DNA of 64,000 bases from Acidimicrobiia bacterium. Lineage in GTDB: Bacteria > Actinomycetota > Acidimicrobiia > Acidimicrobiales > Aldehydirespiratoraceae. This document shows, piece by piece, positions 37,100 to 44,454 of this stretch. The stretch is from NCBI GenBank assembly GCA_022821685.1, contig JAJEDD010000018.1, positions 62,655 to 126,654 of the forward strand, read 5' to 3'. The notes below the pieces were generated by a model. It did not search any database and was not told the DNA's origin. It saw only the letters and a program-made list of their open reading frames with translations. Made by a program: the position numbers and the translations under genes. Numbering within the stretch: position 1 is the stretch's first letter; every line of letters starts with the position of its first letter.

Positions 37100-37241
37100 C
37101 TAAGAGGCCGAGCGAATAGGTGAGCGATTCCGGCCCACACGGGCGAGGCCGTGGCCCGAGCGGCCCGTGAGCGCAGCGAACAAGAGCGGGAATGACCCCA
37201 CTGTGACGCGACCGGCTCTCACCGATTTGCGTTCCCTCTAA
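37100..37241 (+). mobile_element. MITE-like element, copy f (142 bp)
   Basis: ctaagaggccgagcgaataggtgagcg...core...ctcaccgatttgcgttccctctaa. The right end abuts the nitroreductase ATG (ctctaATG). Confidence 0.85.
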
Positions 37242-37849
37242 TGGACTTCGAGCGGGTTGTTCGGGGGCGCCGGATGGTGCGCTCCTTCACGTCGCAGCCG
37301 GTGGCGCCGGCAATGGTGGACCAGCTATGCGACCTGGCCCGGCGGGCGCCGACCGCGGGCCACACCGCGGGGGTGGAGTTCCTGGTGCTGGAGGGCGACG
37401 ACACCGCGTCCTACTGGAATGCCACGCTGCCTGCAGGGGCCGAGCGGGAGGGCTTCGCCTGGCCGGGCCTGCTGGCCGCGCCGGTGCTGGTGGTGGTGTG
37501 GGTTGATCCCGGCGCCTACGTGGACCGCTACCGCGAGCCGGACAAAGCCCACACCGGCCTCGGCGCCGGCGAGGAGGCCTGGGGTGTGCCCTACTGGTTC
37601 GTCGACGGGGGAGCGGCGATGATGACCATGCTGCTGGCCGCCCGTGACCGGGGCCTGGGCGCGGCCTTCTTCGGCATGTTCGACCACGAGGAGGCGGTGC
37701 GACAGCGCTTCGGTGTGCCGCCGGGACGGCGCGGCGTGGGCACCGTCGCCATCGGCCACCACGCCGGCGACGACCGTCCCAGCCGCTCCGCCAACCGCGG
37801 CCGCCCCGACCTGGCCGCGGTGGTCCACCGGGCCCGCTGGCAGCGGTGA
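37241..37849 (+). CDS. Nitroreductase-family protein
   Basis: MDFERVVRGRRMVRSF N-terminus, PTAGHTAG, PYWFVDGGAAMMTMLLAA, GLGAAFFG. Confidence 0.75.
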   Translation: MDFERVVRGRRMVRSFTSQPVAPAMVDQLCDLARRAPTAGHTAGVEFLVLEGDDTASYWNATLPAGAEREGFAWPGLLAAPVLVVVWVDPGAYVDRYREPDKAHTGLGAGEEAWGVPYWFVDGGAAMMTMLLAARDRGLGAAFFGMFDHEEAVRQRFGVPPGRRGVGTVAIGHHAGDDRPSRSANRGRPDLAAVVHRARWQR

Positions 37850-38295
37850 GCGAGCGCGCCGGTATGGCGGAACGCCGGCGGTACCCTGCGCAAGCGATGG
37901 CCTCGGCTCGGGTCCCGCTCGTCAACTACCTGCGGCTTGAGCCCGAGCCGCACCTGTTAGCCCAACAGTGCCGAAGCTGTGGGGCGCGCTTCTTCGACCG
38001 CCGCAACGCCTGCGCCCGCTGCGGCCGTAACGATTTCAGGGAGATTCCGGTCGACGGCCGCGGCGAGCTGAAGTCGTTCACCATTGTCCATCGGGCCGCG
38101 CCCGGCATTCCGGTGCCGTTCGTGTCGGTCATCGTCCGCGCCGACGACGGCACCTGGGTTCGCAGCAACGTCGTGGGCTGCGACCCGACCCCGGAGGCGG
38201 TCAACCTGGGAATGAGGGTGCGGCTCACGACCTATCCGATCGGCGCCGACGACGACGGCACCGAGGCAATCGCCTTCGGCTACGAGCCCGCCTGA
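37846..38295 (+). CDS. Zn-ribbon/OB-fold protein (DUF35 family)
   Basis: CRSCGARFFDRRNACARCG rubredoxin-like ribbon followed by an OB fold. GTGA overlap with the previous gene. Classic partner of SCP-x-type thiolases. Confidence 0.8.
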   Translation: MSERAGMAERRRYPAQAMASARVPLVNYLRLEPEPHLLAQQCRSCGARFFDRRNACARCGRNDFREIPVDGRGELKSFTIVHRAAPGIPVPFVSVIVRADDGTWVRSNVVGCDPTPEAVNLGMRVRLTTYPIGADDDGTEAIAFGYEPA

Positions 38296-38319
38296 GGCGC
38301 CGAGGAGGCACAGCGGACA

Positions 38320-39534
38320 ATGGCAGCTCAGATCGCTTCGGACAGCGTGTGGGTGGTGGGTGCCCACATGACCCGCTTCGCCCGCTTTCCCGACCAGGAT
38401 CTGATCGATCTGGCCTCTGAGAGTGCCATGGGGGCTCTGGCCGACGGCCGGGTAACCGTGGGCGACATCGACGTGCTGGCCTGCGGCTCGCTGTTCGAGG
38501 CTTCGGGCGCGGTTGGTCAGCGTCTCCAGAAGCAGATCGGCCAGACCGGGGTGCCGGTCTACAACGTGGCCAACGCCTGCGCCACCGGGGCCACCGCGGT
38601 TCGCACCGTGATGATGGCCATCGGTTCGGGCGAGGCCCAGATCGGCCTGGCGGTGGGGGTCGAGAAGATGGGCAAGATGGGGCTGTTGGGCGGCGCAACC
38701 AAGAAGGAGAAGCAGGTCTTCGAGCCGTCGGGGCGCTATGGAGCGGTCACCGGCGTGGACGGCTATCTCGGCACCGCCACCATGCCCGGCGTGTTCGCCC
38801 AGGCCGGCATGGCCTACGCCCACGATCACGACGGGGTCGGCTTCGAGCAGTTCGCCCGGGTGGCCTACAAGAACCATCTCAACTCGACGCTGAACCCGCT
38901 GGCGCAGTACCAGAAGGAGTTCTCGATGGGCGAGATCATGGAGTCGCCCATGATGAGCTACCCCAACACGCTGCTGATGTGCTGCCCGACCGGCGACGGC
39001 GCGGCCGCGGTGGTGCTGGTGTCGGGGGAGCGGCTGGCGTCGATGCCGACGGATGTGCGGAGGCGGGCGGTGAAGGTGTCGGCTTCGGTGCTCACCTCCG
39101 ATCCGTTCACCGAGGACTGCCAGGTCCAGCCCGACGTGAACACCCTCACCCGCAACGCCGCCGCCCAGGCCTACGAGAAAGCCGGGATCGGCCCCGAGGA
39201 TCTCGACCTGGTGGAGCTCCACGACTGCTTCGCCACCGCGGAGCTGATCCACTACGACAACCTGGGCCTGTGCGAGCCTGGCGGCGCCGGCGAGTTCATC
39301 GACTCGGGCGGCCCGTTCCGCGACGGCCCCACCCCGGTGAACGTCTCCGGGGGCCTCATCTCCAAGGGCCATCCCATAGGCGCCACCGGCGTGGCCAACG
39401 TCTACGAGATCACCGCCCACCTGCGAGGCGAGGCAGGCCACCGCCAAGTAGAGGGAGCCAGAGTCGGCCTGGCCCACGTAATAGGCCTAGCCTCAGCCTG
39501 CGGAGTCCACATCCTGGAGAAGGCCGCCGCCTGA
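38320..39534 (+). CDS. Thiolase-family protein (SCP-x / lipid-transfer-type)
   Basis: AGGAGG Shine-Dalgarno sequence upstream. VYNVANACATGATAV (active-site Cys), ELHDCFA, KGHPIGATGVANVYE. Confidence 0.85.
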   Translation: MAAQIASDSVWVVGAHMTRFARFPDQDLIDLASESAMGALADGRVTVGDIDVLACGSLFEASGAVGQRLQKQIGQTGVPVYNVANACATGATAVRTVMMAIGSGEAQIGLAVGVEKMGKMGLLGGATKKEKQVFEPSGRYGAVTGVDGYLGTATMPGVFAQAGMAYAHDHDGVGFEQFARVAYKNHLNSTLNPLAQYQKEFSMGEIMESPMMSYPNTLLMCCPTGDGAAAVVLVSGERLASMPTDVRRRAVKVSASVLTSDPFTEDCQVQPDVNTLTRNAAAQAYEKAGIGPEDLDLVELHDCFATAELIHYDNLGLCEPGGAGEFIDSGGPFRDGPTPVNVSGGLISKGHPIGATGVANVYEITAHLRGEAGHRQVEGARVGLAHVIGLASACGVHILEKAAA

Positions 39535-39557
39535 ACTCGTCGAACGTGCTTGGTCCG

Positions 39558-39773
39558 CTACGGGCGAACCGTGGAGGCCTGGCGGCGGTCGAGGCCGTAG
39601 CGGTAGATTCGTAAGTCGGCGTCGAGGGCCAGCGCGTCCACGATGATCAGACGCTCCATGAGTGCCCAACTGGTGCGGTCGGTCAGCGAGAACGCCTGAT
39701 CACCGAAGGCCGCCGCGGCGACTTCGGCCGCTTCGAGATCGGCGAGCGTGGCGCACTCGACTCGAGCGATCGC
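39558..39773 (-). pseudogene. 3' remnant of a PIN-domain (VapC) gene, paralogous to 47681-48100
   Basis: The reverse strand reads IARVECATLADLEAAEVAAAAFGDQAFSLTDRTSWALMERLIIVDALALDADLRIYRYG...*. This aligns to the C-terminal half of the VapC at 47681-48100. The N-terminal half and the antitoxin are missing. Confidence 0.75.
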
Positions 39774-39805
39774 CGCTGAGCGTCACGGATCTCGCTCGAC
39801 GTCGC

Positions 39806-40219
39806 TCAGCGAGCCGGGATGACTTGGATCAGTTCATGGCTGTCCAGGGCTCGGCCGATGCCAGCGTCGGCGGTGACGAGCGGGCGGCCGAGGCTCTCAG
39901 CAAGCCCGACATACAGTGCGTCGTAGAAGCTGAGGCGGTCGCGCATCTGCCAGGCCCGCTCAGCCAGGCCGCCGTGATGGGGGTGGCGGCGAGCGATCAT
40001 CGCCTCGGCCCGGCGCCGGGCGACCGCGGCGGCGTCGGCATCGAGCTCGCCCCTCAGCACCAGCCCTCGAAGCGCCTGCCCCGTCTCGGCATCGATGAGG
40101 AACGGCGCCACCCGTCGCCGGCCGCGGAGGTGCTGCCTCGCCTGGCGCCCGGCTTCGGAGGCATCGACCACCGCCGCGACCAGTGCGGAGGCGTCGACGA
40201 CGACGGTGCTCGGGCTCAC
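39806..40219 (-). CDS. vapC: PIN-domain toxin (VapC family)
   Basis: VVVDASALV (D), LIDAETGQ (E), FYDALYVGLAE (D), LVTADAG (D). GTGA overlap with the upstream antitoxin. Confidence 0.85.
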   Translation of the reverse strand: MSPSTVVVDASALVAAVVDASEAGRQARQHLRGRRRVAPFLIDAETGQALRGLVLRGELDADAAAVARRRAEAMIARRHPHHGGLAERAWQMRDRLSFYDALYVGLAESLGRPLVTADAGIGRALDSHELIQVIPAR

Positions 40220-40449
40220 CGGCGCCCACGGTCGATGTCGTCGAGCATCGCCTCCACGTCCAGCCTGATGCCGCGGGCCGCCACGAACCGTTCCAGGTCG
40301 GCGAACAGTTCGTCGTCCTCAGGCTCGCTCGCCAACCGCTCGACAGCCTGCTTCATGTACGCCTGGATCGACTGTCCCGCCGCTCGGGCCCGTCGCCGGA
40401 TCACCTCGTAGGCCTCTTCGGAGACATCGCGGATTTGTATTGTCGCCAT
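40216..40449 (-). CDS. vapB: Ribbon-helix-helix antitoxin (FitA/VapB-like)
   Basis: MATIQIRDVSEEAYEVIRRRARAAGQSIQAYMKQAV is typical of RHH antitoxins. ATG 40449 chosen (TATTGT -10-like box 6 nt upstream, probably leaderless). Confidence 0.8.
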   Translation of the reverse strand: MATIQIRDVSEEAYEVIRRRARAAGQSIQAYMKQAVERLASEPEDDELFADLERFVAARGIRLDVEAMLDDIDRGRR

Positions 40450-40580
40450 ACATGCACAATAGCGCAACAGCGCTGATCTGCCAGCATCAGCCAGCATCGA
40501 GAGCTCCAATTCCGCCCCAGGCGCATCGGGGCCTTCGTCGGCCGGGTTCCGGGTGAGGCTCATGCATTAGCGTCGGGCGC

Positions 40581-43500
40581 GTGACCACGGATCTTCCTCT
40601 CCGTCACCTGTCGATACGGGTTCCCTGGCACGACGCAGGCTGGAACGGCACGGTCTGCAATGACCCGGTCAACAACGCTTCGTGCCTTCGACTCGCCAAC
40701 ATCCACGAGCGGCGCGACGACGGCGTCGAGGTCGAGCTGCACGGCCGCCGGATCGATCAGCTCACACGGTCTCAGCAGCCGCCGTGCGTGGCTGAACGGG
40801 CGAGTTTCATGGCGGACTTTCCGATCACCCGCCGGATCCAGCACCCGTACTTCAAGACATCAGATGTCCACAAGCACTACCGGCCGACGCCCGTCGAACT
40901 CCCGCCGTACACGGCCGGTGCGGTGCCGTTCCGATGGGTGCTGCGGAGGGAGGCAGTCGAGATCGCAGACTCGCTCGACATCGTCTTCCACGACGAGGCT
41001 GAGGACGACGTCCGAGCGGTGCTGGGGTTCGAGACGGCGTGGGTGCAGGACGTTGACAACCAGACTCGGATGCTCGACGCGTTTTTCTCAGCAATCGAGC
41101 CGGACCGCTCGCTGGCCTTCATCTATGCGAAGGAGGTTCCACACACCGAGCAGTCGGGCCGGGTCCTGATCGGAGTCGGGTGGGTCGCGAGCTATGGGCC
41201 GGCAATCGAGTACGACTACGAGCCGGGAGAAGACCGCCCCACTCGATCAATGATCTGGGAACGGATCGTTCAACACTCGATCCGCGCCGGCACGACTGAT
41301 GGCGGATTCCTACTGCCGTACCACGCGGCGCTCGAACGAGTCGTCCAGGATCCGTCTTTCAACCCGGAGGATGTGGTCGTCTTCGCTCCCGACGAGGCAT
41401 TCGACCAGTTCTCGTACGGTTCAGAGCATGTGACCCACGATCAAGCGATCGCCTCGCTCCTCGCCATCATCAACGGTTTACAACGAGCAGAGGAATCGCT
41501 GGGCATCAGCTATGCCGCGGAAATCCGCTGGAGCCAGGACCGGCTCGGCGAACTCTGGAAGCTGCGAGGCCCGTTCCCGGGGCTCGGATCGGCACTCGCT
41601 GCCTTCAGCATCGATCACGCGAATCTGCTGGCGTTTCGGATCACCGATGGACTGTCGGAGACGGACGATCCATGGCCTGCGGTGCAGGCCGCCCTCGACG
41701 ACCCGACATCAATCGGACCTGAGTGGGTGGGTCGTATCGGACCGACGATTGCCAGGAAGCTCGCTGGCCTGCCCGACGAGCGTCGGGCCCTGCTCCACCT
41801 GCTGGCTCGATTCGACCTGTCTGCGGAGCAGGCAACCCGCTTCTACGTGCGGGAGGAACGCAAGAAGGCCGGGATCTCGGTCGACGACTCGGATCTGCTC
41901 GAGAATCCGTACCTTCTGTACGAAGCAGACCGGATCAGCCCGGACGCAATCCCGGTGACTGTTATCGATCGAGGCTCGTATCCACCTTCCGCCGCGACCT
42001 CAAGCCTGCCGATTCCCGCGCCGTCGGCGATGGAGGAGGCTCAGGATCGTCGGCGCGTGCGGGCACTGATGGTGTCGGAGCTTGAAGCATCCGCCGAGAT
42101 CGGCCACACCTTGCTTCCGCAAGACCAACTGGTCACCGCGGTTCGGGCCATGCCGCTCGACCAGCCCTGCCTTATCGACGGAGATTTACTCGCCGTAGTC
42201 GAGGACACTCTCAAGCCTGCCATCCAGCCGGCCATGTTCGATGATCAGCAGGGTCACCAACTCGATCGTCTCTCAGCAGCGCGAACCCGTATCAGCAACG
42301 AGGTCCGCAAGCGAGTCGCCACCAAGAAGCGTCATGTCGTTGAGGCCGACTGGGGAGCCGTTCTCAACGAACTGCTCGATGTCCCAGCCTCCGAGGATGA
42401 CGACGAGTTCCTCGCACGGAAGGAAAAGGCGGCTGCACTCGCCGAACTCGCCGCTGCGAGGTTCGCTGTACTGGTCGGCCCAGCCGGAACCGGCAAGACC
42501 ACCTTGCTGGCCGCGTTGTGCAAAGACCCAGTGATTCGGGGGGCGGGCGTGACTCTGCTCGCGCCCACGGGCAAGGCGCGGGTGCAGCTCGAACGAGGCC
42601 TCGGCGATGTCGCAGGTGTGCGTGCCCGCACGATTGCCCAGTTCCTCGTCCGATCCGGCCGGTATGACCCCGATACATCTCGGTATTGCCGGTCATCCGA
42701 TCCGCCCGCGGTCAAGGGCGGAACGGTAATCATCGACGAGGCATCGATGATCACGGAGGAGCAGCTCGACGCCGTTCTCGACAACGTGAGCCAGATCGAA
42801 CGGCTGATCCTCGTCGGTGATCCTCGGCAGCTTCCGCCGATCGGCGCAGGCAGGCCGTTCGTCGACATCGCTGAGTTCCTCAAAGACGGCGCAGCCGCGG
42901 ACCTCCCGAGGGTCGGCCCGTCATACGCGGAGCTGACGATCCCCCGGCGGCAGCGTCCCGGCACCGACTCAGACGAGTTCCGGCACGATCTCGCCCTCGC
43001 GCAGTGGTTCGGCGGCGAAGCCCCGAGCGCGCTGGCCGAGGAGGCGTGGGGGCAGGTTCTGGCAGGATCTCACAACGAAACCCTGCGATTCGAGCAGTGG
43101 GACTCACCCACCGAGGTCTTCGAGCGACTCCGGCATCTGCTCGTTGAAGAGATCGACGAGATTGCCGACATCGACGATCAGGCCGGCTTTGGGAAGTCGC
43201 TCGGCGGTGTTGTCAAAGGCGACTATGTGTACTTCAACAGGAGCCACTCGAACAACCGTGGCGCTGGTGAAGCAAGCGAGAACTGGCAGATTCTGAGCCC
43301 GATCCATGCTACCGCCGCAGGCAGATCCGAGTTGAACCGCTCGGTCCATCGGCACTTCCGAGCTGATCTGATCGCCTGGGCGCGAGAGATACCCCGCTTC
43401 GGCAGGAAGGTTCCCAAGCCCATGGGGCCGGAGGGCATCGTCTACGGCGACAAGGTGATGAACAACCGGAACGACCGACGCGACGATGTCTACCCTGAGC

Positions 43501-44348
43501 AGTTCCCCGACGGGAGTCCCACCGACGGTCCAGCGGCGTTTGTAGCCAACGGCGAAATCGGAATGGTCGTCGGCCAATTCAAGCGTCGTGGACAGAAGTT
43601 CAAGGTCACCAGGCTGAAGGTGGAGTTCTCGACACAACTGGGCTTCGAGTACGGGTTCGGTCGCCGGGATCTGCCCAAGGACGGCGGCGATCCAATCCTG
43701 GAACTGGCATACGCCATCACCGTTCACAAGTCGCAGGGATCGGAGTTCGGAACAACCTTCCTTGTGATCCCGAACCCTTGCCATCTGCTGTCGCGAGAGC
43801 TGCTGTACACCGCGCTCACTCGCCAGCGGGAACGAGTTGTCGTTCTCCACCAGGGTCCGTTGGCCGACCTGCTCTCGTTCTCGTCGGTCAAGCATTCGGA
43901 GACAGCTCGGCGATATACGAACTTGCTCCGGGATCCGCGGCCCCAAGATGTTGGTGGCGACCGGTTCCTGGACGCCAACCTCATCCACCGAGCGGCCAAC
44001 GGAACCCTGGTGCGCTCGAAGAGCGAAGTGATAATCGCCGACGCGTTGTCAGCGGCTGATGTGGAGTTCGCCTACGAGAAGGAGTTCCGGGGCCATGACG
44101 GCAGCCTTCGACTCCCGGACTTCACGGTTGAGGACGCCGCTACGGGTGAGACCTACATCTGGGAGCACCTGGGGATGCTGTCCAATCCGCAGTACGCCCA
44201 TGCCTGGGAGCGGAAGCGGGAGTGGTATGCGGCCAGCGGGGTCGAGGAGGGCGGCGGCGATGCTGCGACGCTGATCGTCACCAGGGACGACGAACGAGGT
44301 GGGATCGACTCGGCCGAGGTACAGGCCAAGGTACGAGAGATCGCGTGA
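40581..44348 (+). CDS. 1255-aa multidomain protein: unassigned N-terminal region of about 600 aa, RecD/AAA_30-type SF1 helicase core, and a C-terminal Vsr/DUF559-like PD-(D/E)xK nuclease-like domain
   Basis: VLVGPAGTGKTT, LLAPTGKARVQL, VIIDEASMI, LILVGDPRQLPPIGAGRPF, GDKVMNNRN, NGEIGMVV, YAITVHKSQGSEF. The C-terminus reads SKSEVIIADAL...LRLPDFTVED...TYIWEHLGM. GTG start. Third-position GC is visibly lower than in neighbouring genes. Confidence 0.85.
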   Translation: MTTDLPLRHLSIRVPWHDAGWNGTVCNDPVNNASCLRLANIHERRDDGVEVELHGRRIDQLTRSQQPPCVAERASFMADFPITRRIQHPYFKTSDVHKHYRPTPVELPPYTAGAVPFRWVLRREAVEIADSLDIVFHDEAEDDVRAVLGFETAWVQDVDNQTRMLDAFFSAIEPDRSLAFIYAKEVPHTEQSGRVLIGVGWVASYGPAIEYDYEPGEDRPTRSMIWERIVQHSIRAGTTDGGFLLPYHAALERVVQDPSFNPEDVVVFAPDEAFDQFSYGSEHVTHDQAIASLLAIINGLQRAEESLGISYAAEIRWSQDRLGELWKLRGPFPGLGSALAAFSIDHANLLAFRITDGLSETDDPWPAVQAALDDPTSIGPEWVGRIGPTIARKLAGLPDERRALLHLLARFDLSAEQATRFYVREERKKAGISVDDSDLLENPYLLYEADRISPDAIPVTVIDRGSYPPSAATSSLPIPAPSAMEEAQDRRRVRALMVSELEASAEIGHTLLPQDQLVTAVRAMPLDQPCLIDGDLLAVVEDTLKPAIQPAMFDDQQGHQLDRLSAARTRISNEVRKRVATKKRHVVEADWGAVLNELLDVPASEDDDEFLARKEKAAALAELAAARFAVLVGPAGTGKTTLLAALCKDPVIRGAGVTLLAPTGKARVQLERGLGDVAGVRARTIAQFLVRSGRYDPDTSRYCRSSDPPAVKGGTVIIDEASMITEEQLDAVLDNVSQIERLILVGDPRQLPPIGAGRPFVDIAEFLKDGAAADLPRVGPSYAELTIPRRQRPGTDSDEFRHDLALAQWFGGEAPSALAEEAWGQVLAGSHNETLRFEQWDSPTEVFERLRHLLVEEIDEIADIDDQAGFGKSLGGVVKGDYVYFNRSHSNNRGAGEASENWQILSPIHATAAGRSELNRSVHRHFRADLIAWAREIPRFGRKVPKPMGPEGIVYGDKVMNNRNDRRDDVYPEQFPDGSPTDGPAAFVANGEIGMVVGQFKRRGQKFKVTRLKVEFSTQLGFEYGFGRRDLPKDGGDPILELAYAITVHKSQGSEFGTTFLVIPNPCHLLSRELLYTALTRQRERVVVLHQGPLADLLSFSSVKHSETARRYTNLLRDPRPQDVGGDRFLDANLIHRAANGTLVRSKSEVIIADALSAADVEFAYEKEFRGHDGSLRLPDFTVEDAATGETYIWEHLGMLSNPQYAHAWERKREWYAASGVEEGGGDAATLIVTRDDERGGIDSAEVQAKVREIA

Positions 44349-44418
44349 CCGGAGCGGGGATCTAAGGCGTCCGTGACCTGGGTATTTCAGAAAGCTGAAT
44401 GATATAGCCTGTAAATGA

Positions 44419-44448
44419 TTGACAGATGTCACACCCCTATGGGATGAT
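44419..44448 (+). promoter_or_regulatory. Candidate promoter for the HNH gene (leaderless transcript)
   Basis: TTGACA at 44419-44424, 18-nt spacer, GATGAT at 44443-44448, and ATG at 44455. The surrounding intergenic region is AT-rich. Confidence 0.35.
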
Positions 44449-44454
44449 GTCTTC

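Noticed and set aside
39662-40411. 249-aa ORF on the + strand inside the island
   Set aside because: It is antisense to the VapC remnant, vapC and vapB, which have clear PIN and RHH motifs. There is no independent support.
40581-42400. Possibility that the large protein is a MobF/TraA-type relaxase-helicase
   Set aside because: RecD-like helicase cores are shared with TrwC/TraA. However, I see no relaxase histidine-triad or catalytic-Tyr motifs in the N-region. The window contains no oriT-like sequence, coupling protein or T4SS genes. The idea is kept as the main alternative to be tested.
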